Source: an uncultured Chloroflexia bacterium (GTDB lineage Bacteria > Chloroflexota > Limnocylindria > Limnocylindrales > CSP1-4). Taken from it: a DNA stretch of 64,000 nucleotides. Each line of letters starts with the position of its first letter. Position 1 is the first letter of the stretch. The notes beneath the pieces are model-generated. The model saw only the letters and a program-made list of their open reading frames with translations. It did no database searches and had not been told where the DNA came from. Location: NCBI GenBank assembly GCA_963713975.1, contig OY970218.1:2624001-2688000 (forward strand), read 5' to 3'. Both the position numbers and the translations under genes were made by a program. Of this stretch, positions 45,083 to 53,985 are shown one piece after another.

Positions 45083-45244
45083 GTCCGCGCGCTCGCCACC
45101 GGCGTCATTGGTACCACCGGGTAGACGAGAGTACGGCTTGGCGAATCTGCCCTGCACCCGGACACTCCCATCAACAGCGGGCCGGACCGCACCGCAGTGC
45201 CCCTCCCGGGCGCCCGGCTCCACGAGTGACAGAGGCAGACCCAC

Positions 45245-45439
45245 ATGGCGTCAATGGCGATCAACGATCTTGGACCCATGCTCACCGCGAGCGAAGTGGC
45301 TGAGATGCTCCACCTCCACGTGAACACCGTGAAGCGCCTGGGTGATCGCGGCGAGCTACCGTTCTATCGCGTCTGCAAGCGTGGCGATCGGCGGTTCCGC
45401 CTGGAAGACGTCATGGCGTTCCTGGCGCGCAACCGCTGA
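45245..45439 (+). CDS. small MerR-like/excisionase-family (BldC-like) HTH protein
   Basis: MLTASEVAEMLHLHVNTVKR...GELP..R...GDRRFR..DV. Confidence 0.88.
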   Translation: MASMAINDLGPMLTASEVAEMLHLHVNTVKRLGDRGELPFYRVCKRGDRRFRLEDVMAFLARNR

Positions 45440-45452
45440 TCCGGCGTTCGGG

Positions 45453-46757
45453 TCAGGCCCTCAGCGCATCCTCGAAGATCCGCAGCGCCTCTTCGACCTC
45501 GGGCACGGTCACGTCAAGCGGCGGGATCCAGCGCACGACCTGGTGCTGGATGCCGCAGTTCAGGATCAGCAGCCCAGCCTCGGCGGCCCGCGCTGCAACG
45601 GCTTCGGATGCGGCTCCGTCGGGTTCGCGCGTCGCCCGGTCCTTCACGAACTCCACGCCGATCATCAGGCCGCGCCCACGGACGTCGCCGATGCCCTGGA
45701 AGTCCGCCATCAGTTCCCGCAGGCCGCCGGCCAGCTCGGTGCCCCGGAGGCGGGCGTTGGCGACCAGGTCCTCGTCGTGGATCGTCTCGAGCACCGCGAC
45801 ACCGGCCGCGCAGGCAACCGGGTTGCCGCCGTACGTCGTCCCGTGGGCGCCGCGGCCCCACTGCTCCTGGAGATCCCTGCTGGTGACGATCGCGGACAGC
45901 GGCAGGCCGTTGGCGATCGCCTTGGCCACGCAGACCACGTCCGGGACGATGCCCGCATGCTCGAACGCCCACATCTCGCCGGTGCGCCCGAAGCCCGACT
46001 GGACCTCGTCCGCGATGAGCAGGATGCCGTGCTCGTCGCAGATGTCGCGCAGGGACCGGAGGAACGCGACCGGGGCCGGGTAGTAGCCGCCTTCGCCCTG
46101 GACCGGCTCGATCAGGATCGCCGCGACCTGCGATGGCGCGACCGTGGTGGCCAGCAGGTCGTGGAGGTAGTCGAGGCAGGCCCCGGTCGCCGCATCCTCG
46201 TCGTCCTCGAAGTCGCGGTAAGCGGCAGGGTAGGGGAGCTGGTAGATCGACGGGAGCAGCGGCTCGTAGCCGCGCCGGTAGTTGAGCGAGGAGCTTGTGA
46301 CGCTCGTCGCGCCGATGGTGCGGCCGTGGAACGCGCCCCGGAAGGCGAGGATCGCCGGCCGACCCGTCACCCGGCGGGCGAGCTTGATCGCTCCGTCGAT
46401 CGTCTCTGAACCGGAGTTGAGGAACAGCACGGCCTCGAGTGGAGCCGGGAAGGTGTCGGCCAGCATTCGGGCCAGCCGCACGGTTGACTCCGCGAACCCG
46501 ATGGCATGGACGGGCCCGATCAGCCTGTCCACCTGCTCGTGGATCGCCGCCGTCACACGGGGGTGCGTGTGCCCCAGGGCCGTGACGGCGATGCCGTTGG
46601 CGAAGTCGAGATAGGCGCGGCCGGCCGTGTCGTACAGCCGGTGACCGATGCCGTGGGACCAGCTCCGGTCCATGTACCGGCCCAGGACCGGCGACATGTT
46701 CGGGCCGGCCAGGGTTGCGAGATCGAGGGCGTCGGGAGCGGGGTCGATGGTGTCCAC
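45453..46757 (-). CDS. class III PLP aminotransferase (4-aminobutyrate aminotransferase-like)
   Basis: YLDFANG, NSGSE, FHGRT, EPVQGEGG, DEVQSGFGRTG, AKAIANG, TTYGGNP; TATACT 6 nt before the GTG. Confidence 0.92.
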   Translation of the reverse strand: MDTIDPAPDALDLATLAGPNMSPVLGRYMDRSWSHGIGHRLYDTAGRAYLDFANGIAVTALGHTHPRVTAAIHEQVDRLIGPVHAIGFAESTVRLARMLADTFPAPLEAVLFLNSGSETIDGAIKLARRVTGRPAILAFRGAFHGRTIGATSVTSSSLNYRRGYEPLLPSIYQLPYPAAYRDFEDDEDAATGACLDYLHDLLATTVAPSQVAAILIEPVQGEGGYYPAPVAFLRSLRDICDEHGILLIADEVQSGFGRTGEMWAFEHAGIVPDVVCVAKAIANGLPLSAIVTSRDLQEQWGRGAHGTTYGGNPVACAAGVAVLETIHDEDLVANARLRGTELAGGLRELMADFQGIGDVRGRGLMIGVEFVKDRATREPDGAASEAVAARAAEAGLLILNCGIQHQVVRWIPPLDVTVPEVEEALRIFEDALRA

Positions 46758-46856
46758 GATCCGAGTATAGGGACGCGCGACGGGCGCGGGCATCGCGGCC
46801 GACCGGCGGTAGGATGCCCCGAGGCCGTCCACGCCACGCCACCAGAGGCACCACCC

Positions 46857-48062
46857 GTGATCGACTTCACGCTCAGCGACGAGAGCCGCCTCGTCCGCGA
46901 CGCAGCCCGCGCCTTCGTCGAGGCCGAGATCCTGCCCTCCATCCGGGAGTGGGACGCCGGCGGGGAGGTCCACCGGGAAGTCTTCACGAAGATGGGCGAG
47001 CTGGGATTCCTCGGGGCGCCCATCCCGGAGCAGTACGGCGGCCTTGGCATGGACTACATCAGCTTCGCGCTGCTGTGCGAGGAGCTGGAGCGCGGTGACA
47101 CGGCGTTCCGCGTGGTCCAGAGCGTCCACGTGGGCCTCAACAGCCTGACGCTGCTCCAGTGGGGATCCGAGGAGCAGCGCCTGCGCTGGCTGGTGCCCCA
47201 GGCGAAGGGCGAGAAGCTGGCAACCTTCGCTCTCACGGAACCCGGGGTCGGGACGGACGCAGGCAGCCTCGCGACCACGGCGCGACGGGACGGCGACAGC
47301 TATGTCCTCAACGGGCACAAGATCTGGATCTCGCTGGCGGACATCGCGGACCACTTCCTCGTCTTCGCCAGCGTCGACCGGGCCAAGCGCCACAAGGGCA
47401 TCACTGCTTTCATGGTGGAGCGCGGGATGCCGGGCCTGACGACCGGGACGCTGCACGGAAAGCTCGGCATCCACGCGGGCAACACAGGTTTGCTCGACTT
47501 CGAGAACCTGCGTGTGCCGCTGGAGAACCGGATCGGCGAGGAGGGCGAGGGCTTCCTTGTCGCCATGAGCGCCATCGACCAGGGCCGGTACACCGTGGCG
47601 GCCGGCGCGGTCGGCCTTGCCCAGGCCTGCCTGGACGCGTCGCTCAAGTACGCCCACGAGCGCGAGACCTTCGGCCAGGAGATCGGCCGGCACCAGCTCG
47701 TGAAGCAGATGATCGCGAACATGGCGAAAGGGACCGAGATCGGCCGGCTGCTCGTGTGGCAGGCAGGCTGGCTCAAGAACCAGGGCCTGCGCAACACGCG
47801 CGAGACATCGCTGGCGAAGTGGCACGCAACCGATCACTCCGTGCAGGCCGCGCTCGATGCGATCCAGATCCACGGGGCCAACGGCTACTCCAACGAGTTC
47901 CCCGTGGAGCGCTACCTGCGCAACTCGAAGGCCGCCGTGATCTATGAGGGAACCAGCCAGTTGCACACCCTCATCCAGGCCGACTACGCCCTGGGCTATC
48001 GCGAGGACCGTCCGATCCGCTGTGAGCCCTGGCCGGCGCAGGGCTACAAGCGGCAGGGCTGA
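46857..48062 (+). CDS. acyl-CoA dehydrogenase
   Basis: FALTEPGVGTD, NGHKIWIS, RETFG, QIHGANG, IYEGTS. Confidence 0.95.
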   Translation: MIDFTLSDESRLVRDAARAFVEAEILPSIREWDAGGEVHREVFTKMGELGFLGAPIPEQYGGLGMDYISFALLCEELERGDTAFRVVQSVHVGLNSLTLLQWGSEEQRLRWLVPQAKGEKLATFALTEPGVGTDAGSLATTARRDGDSYVLNGHKIWISLADIADHFLVFASVDRAKRHKGITAFMVERGMPGLTTGTLHGKLGIHAGNTGLLDFENLRVPLENRIGEEGEGFLVAMSAIDQGRYTVAAGAVGLAQACLDASLKYAHERETFGQEIGRHQLVKQMIANMAKGTEIGRLLVWQAGWLKNQGLRNTRETSLAKWHATDHSVQAALDAIQIHGANGYSNEFPVERYLRNSKAAVIYEGTSQLHTLIQADYALGYREDRPIRCEPWPAQGYKRQG

Positions 48063-48285
48063 CCATCGGGGTTGCCCGCGGGCACCGTTGTCGGTCCGGT
48101 GGGCGCCTTCTCCCGCCACGACGGGCAGTCTGGTGCGGTGAGGTCCGGTCCTGCCGAGTACTGCTCGCGCACCTTGGGCAGTACCATTCGGCCTGTACTC
48201 ATTGGATCCGGCACGTTTCATGGCCGGCACCGGCGGCGGAGCTCAGGGACCGCCCGCGGGGAGAACGACGAGGGAGGTATTGCAG

Positions 48286-49101
48286 ATGACTCGGGGATCC
48301 GCACTCAATCGGGATGCGAGGCGTGGAGGGATCCGCTCCATGCTCGCCACAATCATGGCTGGGGCGCTGCTGCTGGTGTTTGCCGGTAGCGCGATGGCGC
48401 ACACGCCCAGCGCCACGCTGACCTGCCAGGACGGCCTCAAGGTCGACCTGCTCTACTACGCCAACTCCAACCCCGCCAGGAACACCGTGGCCGTCTCGAT
48501 CGACGGGATCGCGGTCAGCGGCTCGCCGTTCACGTTCGGCACGACGTTCCACGGCCAGTGGGCGGTGTTGCCGGCGACGGCGGCGCACACGGCCAAGGTC
48601 GTGATCGACGCCTGGGACGGCAGCCACGGCACCCAGTACGACAAGACGTACAACCTGCAGATCGGCGTCTGCCAGCAGCCGACCCCGACTCCGACGGTCG
48701 CGCCCACGCCCACGCCCACGCCGACGGTCGCGCCCACGCCCACGCCGACGGTCGCGCCGACCCCGACTCCGACGGTCGCGCCCACGCCCACGCCGACGGT
48801 CGCCCCGACCCCGACCCCGACGGTCGCGCCGACCCCGACCCCGACGGAAACGCCGACGGAGACCCCAACGGAAACGCCGACGGAGACTCCCATCGAGCCG
48901 ACCCCAACCCCGTCAGGCGACGTTGGGGGAGCCACCGGGACACCCGCACCGACGTCCAGCCCGGGCGTGACCCCGCCCTCGACGGATGGCGTGACCCCGG
49001 GTGACACGGGCAGCGGTCCCGGCGCGGGCCTGGCGCTCGTGCTCATCCTGCTCGCGGGTTCGTCGCTCGCCCTCCTCCCGGCTGCGAACCGCCGTCGCTA
49101 G
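48286..49101 (+). CDS. exported Pro/Thr-rich surface protein with C-terminal sorting-like signal
   Basis: Signal peptide ending AMA, small beta domain with 2 Cys, (PT)n stalk, PPSTD-spacer-TM-NRRR; SD GGAGG. Confidence 0.85.
   Translation: MTRGSALNRDARRGGIRSMLATIMAGALLLVFAGSAMAHTPSATLTCQDGLKVDLLYYANSNPARNTVAVSIDGIAVSGSPFTFGTTFHGQWAVLPATAAHTAKVVIDAWDGSHGTQYDKTYNLQIGVCQQPTPTPTVAPTPTPTPTVAPTPTPTVAPTPTPTVAPTPTPTVAPTPTPTVAPTPTPTETPTETPTETPTETPIEPTPTPSGDVGGATGTPAPTSSPGVTPPSTDGVTPGDTGSGPGAGLALVLILLAGSSLALLPAANRRR
48678..48910 (+). repeat. coding tandem repeats (PTPTVA / TPTE)
   Basis: Imperfect ~24-bp and 12-bp units inside the surface protein gene. Confidence 0.85.
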
Positions 49102-49131
49102 CTGATCGGCGGCGTCGCCGCCCACACGAAC

Positions 49132-49190
49132 GAGCCCCCGCCCGGGGTCCGGAGCCAACTCGGCTCCCTTCCCGGGGCGGGGGCTTTCTC
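49132..49190 (+). terminator. terminator hairpin between convergent genes
   Basis: AGCCCCCGCCC...GGGCGGGGGCT outer stem, inner GGAGCC/GGCTCC stem, then TTTCTC. Confidence 0.7.
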
Positions 49191-49234
49191 GTGCCGCGGG
49201 CGCTCTGCCCGGGAGTGCCGAGGACCAGCGGTGA

Positions 49235-50248
49235 TCAGCGCAGGCTGGCCGGCTCCGGGACCGGGCCGCCCGTCTCAGCCCGCGGGCTGCCACCATCGGT
49301 CGGGGGATCGAGGGATCGTGCCGGCTCAGTGTCTGCAGAGACGCTTGCCCGCCCTCGCGCCGTGACGATCAGCACGACCGCCACAAGGATCACCACCGAC
49401 GCAACGAGGGTCCTCTCCGTCAGCGTCTCGCCCAGGATGAGCCAGCCGAGGATCACAGCGACCACAGGGTTGACGTAGGCGTATGTCGACACCCGGCGGA
49501 GCGGCGCGACGGTGAGGAGCCACGCGAACGTGGTGAACCCGACCAGGCTGCCGACCACCACGAGGTAGACGATCCCGAACCAGCTGGTCGCCGACACGGC
49601 CGACAGCTCGAAGCCGGCCGTCTCGCCCGTGACGAGCGCGGCAACGAGGAATGCGATGCCGCCAGCGACCATCTGGAGGCCGGTCGAGAACAGCACAGGC
49701 CGGGGCAGGACGGCCCGTTTCGCCGCGTACAGCGTCCCCATCGACCATAAGAGGGGCGACACGATGAGTGCCAGCAGGCCGGCCGGGTCCAGGTCGCCGG
49801 CACCACCCGCCGGCCACGCGAGGATCGCCACGCCGACGAGGCCGACGGCGATGCCGATCGTGGCCACTGCCGGCATACGGTCACCGAACAGGATCCGGCC
49901 GAAGATCGCGAGCCACATCGGGACGAGGGCCACGAGGATCGCCGCGATGCCCGTCGGGATGGTCTGCTGCCCCCATGCCACGAGGCCGGTCCCGCCGAGC
50001 AGGAGCAGGGCCCCCACGATGGCGGCGTCCCGGACCTGCACGCCCGTCGGCCTGCTGATGCTGCCTCGAGACCGGATGGCGACCCCGCCCGCCAGGAGGA
50101 TCCCCGCGGGCACGAACCGGATGAAGCCCATCACGAAGGGAGGGATCGTGTCGATCGCCAGCTTCATCCCGAGATACGTGGATCCCCAGACGATATAGAG
50201 CACGATGAGGCCGGACCAGACGGCGAGAGGGCTGGGGCTTGACCGCAT
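49235..50248 (-). CDS. EamA/DMT family transporter (YedA-like)
   Basis: LYIVWGSTY, about 10 TM segments, STYAYVNPVVAVILG. Confidence 0.93.
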   Translation of the reverse strand: MRSSPSPLAVWSGLIVLYIVWGSTYLGMKLAIDTIPPFVMGFIRFVPAGILLAGGVAIRSRGSISRPTGVQVRDAAIVGALLLLGGTGLVAWGQQTIPTGIAAILVALVPMWLAIFGRILFGDRMPAVATIGIAVGLVGVAILAWPAGGAGDLDPAGLLALIVSPLLWSMGTLYAAKRAVLPRPVLFSTGLQMVAGGIAFLVAALVTGETAGFELSAVSATSWFGIVYLVVVGSLVGFTTFAWLLTVAPLRRVSTYAYVNPVVAVILGWLILGETLTERTLVASVVILVAVVLIVTARGRASVSADTEPARSLDPPTDGGSPRAETGGPVPEPASLR

Positions 50249-50402
50249 ATCCTGGTGCGTGCTCCTGCTCCGGGGAAGGCCGAGTGTAACGGCGGTGACG
50301 GACCTTGCGCTACCCGAGTAGGCCAAGTTGCGACAAGGTTGCGGCGACGGTGGGACAGCCCGGAAGGTTCGGATCGACTGCGTTCGGCAGGCGGAGGTCG
50401 TC

Positions 50403-51233
50403 CTAGGCGGCCGGCTCGAGCGCCGTCGGCCGGCAGACCTTGCACGGACGGTATCCGGCCTCCCCGGCGGCGCGGAGCGACCTGAACGACACTCGATAGC
50501 GGGGCTGCGTCCGGCGGGCGTGGCGGCAGGTGGGCCAGCACACGATCCGCGTCGTCTTCGAGCCCGTGAGGCGTTCGCCGCGGCGGGCGGCGTCCTCCAG
50601 GGCAGCCGGGTCGAGGCCCTCCGACTCGAGGATCGTGCGCTTGTTGCCGGGTCCGCCCAGGCTGTACTGGCCGATCGTGCCGTCCGTCCGGACGACGCGG
50701 TGGCAGGGCACGATGAGCGGTACCGGGTTGTGGCCGAGCGCCGTCCCGACGGCTCGAACCGCCTTCGGCCGCCCGATCTCCGCCGCGATCCAGCCGTACG
50801 GCCGCACCTCGCCCGGTGGGATCTCGAGCGCCTTGCTCCACACCGCCACCTCGAACTCGGTCCGGCCCCGCAGGTCGAGCGGGATCCGGACCCGTCGCTC
50901 TCCGGCCAGGCGGCGGGCGATCGCATCGGCGAGGGCATCGGGGAGGGCGTCGGCCGGCAGCGTTCGCCGCCCGGAACGTGCCTCGTGTCGAGCGAGGGCC
51001 TCTCCACCGTCGGCCGCAAGCTCGACCTCCGCGACGCCGCGACCGTTCCACGCGACCCACAGCGTGCCGATGGGGGAGGGGACGGGCGCCATGCGATCGA
51101 CCAGCCCGACCTCCACGAGCACGTCCTCGGCGAGCCCCGTCGGTGCAGGGACGGCCAGGGCAGCGAGACGGCCGGCTCCGTCGTCGTAGGCATCGAGTGG
51201 CGTGGATGGGTTGGTTCGGGGCGAGCGGGTCAT
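50403..51233 (-). CDS. methylated-DNA-protein-cysteine S-methyltransferase with C-terminal Ada zinc-binding domain
   Basis: RAVGTA..NP...PCHRV active site; C-terminal TTRIVCWPTC...GYRPCKVCRP. Confidence 0.92.
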   Translation of the reverse strand: MTRSPRTNPSTPLDAYDDGAGRLAALAVPAPTGLAEDVLVEVGLVDRMAPVPSPIGTLWVAWNGRGVAEVELAADGGEALARHEARSGRRTLPADALPDALADAIARRLAGERRVRIPLDLRGRTEFEVAVWSKALEIPPGEVRPYGWIAAEIGRPKAVRAVGTALGHNPVPLIVPCHRVVRTDGTIGQYSLGGPGNKRTILESEGLDPAALEDAARRGERLTGSKTTRIVCWPTCRHARRTQPRYRVSFRSLRAAGEAGYRPCKVCRPTALEPAA

Positions 51234-51808
51234 GCGGACAGCTCCTCGAGATCGGTGCCGGTCATCGCCGCCCGCAGGAGCGCGAGGCCGCGGTGGACCT
51301 GTGACTTGAGGGTTCCCTCGGACCGGCCGAGGACCTCCGCGAGCTCGGCGTACGAGAGGTCGTCGACGTGGCGCAGGACGACCGGGACCCGGTAGCGCTC
51401 CGGCAGCGCGGCGAGATGCTCCGCGAGGCGCTCGCGCTGGACAAGCCGGTCGACGTGGCCCGCAGGACTCTCTCCCTGGTCCGCGGCGGGTTCCAGGCCC
51501 GCCTCCAGGAGCGGATCCAGTGGCGTTGCCGGCACGACCCGCCTCCGCGCCCGGTTACGGCACAGGTTGAGGACGATCGTGGCCAGCCATGGTCGCAGCC
51601 TCAGGTCCCGAATCCGCTCCGTGTCGTAGGACTCGAGCGCCCTGTATGCACGGATCATGGCGTCCTGGGCAACCTCCTCGGCGTCGTGGGGGTTGCCGGT
51701 GACCCGGAGCGCGATCGAGTGACATCGATCCACGTGGGCACGGACCAGCAGCTCGAACGCGCCGTCGAGGTCGTGGGCAAGCCGATCCGTGAGCTCGTTG
51801 TCGTCCAT
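51230..51808 (-). CDS. ECF RNA polymerase sigma factor
   Basis: DAEEVAQD, WLATIVLNLCRN (region 2), LPERYR...LSYAELA...GTLKSQVHRG (region 4); ATGA overlap with the Ogt gene. Confidence 0.93.
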   Translation of the reverse strand: MDDNELTDRLAHDLDGAFELLVRAHVDRCHSIALRVTGNPHDAEEVAQDAMIRAYRALESYDTERIRDLRLRPWLATIVLNLCRNRARRRVVPATPLDPLLEAGLEPAADQGESPAGHVDRLVQRERLAEHLAALPERYRVPVVLRHVDDLSYAELAEVLGRSEGTLKSQVHRGLALLRAAMTGTDLEELSA

Positions 51809-51818
51809 CACCCTCCAG

Positions 51819-51845
51819 AACCCGGCCCCGGGCCGGTCGGTTGCA
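51819..51845 (-). promoter_or_regulatory. putative ECF-type autoregulatory promoter
   Basis: Minus strand TGCAACC-N16-GGTT immediately before the sigma start. Confidence 0.5.
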
Positions 51846-51930
51846 GGCGCGAATCCCGGCACCCTTGACGAACGATAGCGATACCGGGCCGGGTCGTCGG
51901 CGACCGCATGCCGCGTGCCACAATGCGGCC

Positions 51931-52938
51931 ATGCGCCTCGATGATCGCTTCGACGACCTGGTCGCCAGCCTGGGCGGGTTCTACCGCACCTGGTTCGTGT
52001 ACACGGGCCTCGAGCTCGGGCTGTTCGCGCGACTGCGCGACGGTGGCGCGGCGGGTCTCACGGTGGACGAGCTGGCGCGCAGGACGGGGACGGAGCCCGC
52101 GCTGATTGGACGCTGGGCCTGGGGCGCCGACGCCCACGACCTGATCGAGGTGTCCGACGGCCGGCTGCGCGTGACGGACGACGTGGCGTCCATCCTGCTC
52201 GCGGCGGACAGGCCCGAGTACCTGGGCGGGCAGTTCCTCCATGCGGCCATCGGGAGCCTGGACTTCGCGGATCTGCTCGACGTGTTCCGGACCGGCGTTC
52301 CGCGGACCTCGCGTCCCGATCGGTATCGCGAGGCCATCGCTCGCCTGACCGTGCAGGACATCGCGGTCTTCTTCCAGGAGGTCCTGCCCGCGATCCCGCA
52401 GCTCGTGGTGGACCTGCAGCCGGGCAGCCGGATCGTCGACGTCCACTGCGGCGGCGGCCGCTGGCTGATCGCCATGGCGCGACGGTTCCCGGGGACGATC
52501 CTGACCGGCGTGGAGTTCGAGCCGGACTCGGCGGCCCGGGCCCGGGCTGCTGTCGCGGAGGCCGTGCTGGGGGACCGTGTGTCCATCGAGCTGGGCGACG
52601 TCCACGCGATCGGCCACAGCGGAGAGGCAACGCTGGCGTACTTCCAGCGTGCCCTGCACCAGCTGTCCGAGCCGGTTTCTGCGTTGCGCTCCGCCTGGGG
52701 CGCGCTGGCGCCCGGCGGCTGGCTCGTGGCGCTGGACTGGTACCTGCCGACTGACCCCGATGAGCTGCGTACCCGCCACAGCGAGCTGCTCGCGGGCGTC
52801 CAGCTGGACGAGGTGCTGGGCGGGACCCGCCTCGTCACGGGCCCGGAGGCCCTGGGCTGGTTCGCGTCCGCCTCCATCCCGACGCCCGCGATCATCGATC
52901 TGCCGTCGGGTGCGACGGCGATCGTCGCCCACCGGTAG
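51931..52938 (+). CDS. class I SAM-dependent methyltransferase with N-terminal winged helix
   Basis: GLELGLF..L, degenerate motif I VDVHCGGG, LAPGG; CACAAT 6 nt upstream. Confidence 0.85.
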   Translation: MRLDDRFDDLVASLGGFYRTWFVYTGLELGLFARLRDGGAAGLTVDELARRTGTEPALIGRWAWGADAHDLIEVSDGRLRVTDDVASILLAADRPEYLGGQFLHAAIGSLDFADLLDVFRTGVPRTSRPDRYREAIARLTVQDIAVFFQEVLPAIPQLVVDLQPGSRIVDVHCGGGRWLIAMARRFPGTILTGVEFEPDSAARARAAVAEAVLGDRVSIELGDVHAIGHSGEATLAYFQRALHQLSEPVSALRSAWGALAPGGWLVALDWYLPTDPDELRTRHSELLAGVQLDEVLGGTRLVTGPEALGWFASASIPTPAIIDLPSGATAIVAHR

Positions 52939-52952
52939 CGGCGGGCCGGCGG

Positions 52953-53375
52953 TCAGTCCGCCTTCGCGTCCGCCGAGCAGGCCGGGCACAGCCCGCGGAA
53001 CACGACCTGGGCCTCGTCGATGGTGGCGCCCGCCAGCCCGGCATCCAGGCAGGGCTTCGCCCCGGTGACGCAGGGAACGTCCAGGACGACCCCGCAGCGG
53101 CGGCAGACAAGGTGGTGATGCCAGGTGCCGGCGACCTCGTACCGAGCCGCCCCCGGTCCCGCATCGGCCACGAGCAGGACGCCGCCCGCGGCGAGCGCGC
53201 CAAGGGCGTGGTAGAGGCTCGCCCGGGGAAGTGGCGTGGCGCTGCTGCGGAGGGCAGCGGCGATCTCGTCGGCGGTCGGGTGCCCGCCAAGCGATGCCAG
53301 CGCGTCGATGACGGCGACGCGCTGGCGGGTCACCCGCAGCCCGGCATCCCGGAGCCGGACGGCGGCGTCGGTCAT
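52953..53375 (-). CDS. Fur family regulator (FurA/PerR-like)
   Basis: LRVTRQR, HPTADE, HHHLVCRRCG, GLCPAC. Confidence 0.93.
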   Translation of the reverse strand: MTDAAVRLRDAGLRVTRQRVAVIDALASLGGHPTADEIAAALRSSATPLPRASLYHALGALAAGGVLLVADAGPGAARYEVAGTWHHHLVCRRCGVVLDVPCVTGAKPCLDAGLAGATIDEAQVVFRGLCPACSADAKAD

Positions 53376-53824
53376 CGGGCTTGGACGCGGAGCATCCAGC
53401 CGTGCTTCTCCAGGCCACCCGCGATGTCCAGGAGCAGGCCCTGAGTCACGAGGTCGGTGTCACCGAGGGCGGCCGCCCGACGCTCGATCCTCGATGCGAC
53501 CTCGGCCAGCCGGTCGCGCATCGCGGTCACGGCGTCCACGTCGCGCTGCCAGCCCTGGGTGGCGGCCGGGAGCGGCGAGGTCGCCGCGATCGTCGACAGG
53601 CGCCCATCGGGGGACACGTCGAGGGTTGCCAGCCGCTCCGCCACGTCGTCATACCAGAGACGGACCTGGTCCGTGATCTCGTCCAGCTGGAGGTGGACGC
53701 CGCGGAAGTCCTGACCCGTGACGTTCCAGTGGTAGTGCTTGGCCTGGAGCGACAGGTCGATCAGCTCGACGAGGCTCTCCTGGAGGGCTGCTGTGCGGCT
53801 CGTCACATCGACTGCCATGGTCAT
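53372..53824 (-). CDS. dps: DNA starvation/stationary phase protection protein
   Basis: KHYHWNVTG..F..VH..LDE...DDVAER; EKHGWM. Confidence 0.93.
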   Translation of the reverse strand: MTMAVDVTSRTAALQESLVELIDLSLQAKHYHWNVTGQDFRGVHLQLDEITDQVRLWYDDVAERLATLDVSPDGRLSTIAATSPLPAATQGWQRDVDAVTAMRDRLAEVASRIERRAAALGDTDLVTQGLLLDIAGGLEKHGWMLRVQAR

Positions 53825-53884
53825 CTCACGACTCCCGTCTGTACTACGGCTTGGGTGGGCGCAGCGTCCAGTGTATCGCCGATG

Positions 53885-53899
53885 TTGGACACAGTCCAA
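53885..53899. promoter_or_regulatory. palindromic operator, probable Fur/PerR-family box
   Basis: TTGGAC-ACA-GTCCAA about 60 bp upstream of dps-fur. Confidence 0.7.
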
Positions 53900-53985
53900 T
53901 ATGAACCGTAGCCGCGGGTCCGGGGGGCGTGCCGCGTGTCGCATCCCGCCGCGGCGGCGCGCTGCCGGCGGGCTATGGTGGAGGC

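Noticed and set aside
45245-45439. Prophage or ICE implied by an excisionase-like gene
   Set aside because: No integrase, phage genes or second att copy; flanking genes are metabolic.
48678-48910. CRISPR-like repeat arrays (also 13627-13690 and 22295-22410)
   Set aside because: In-frame coding repeats with no unique spacers and no cas genes.
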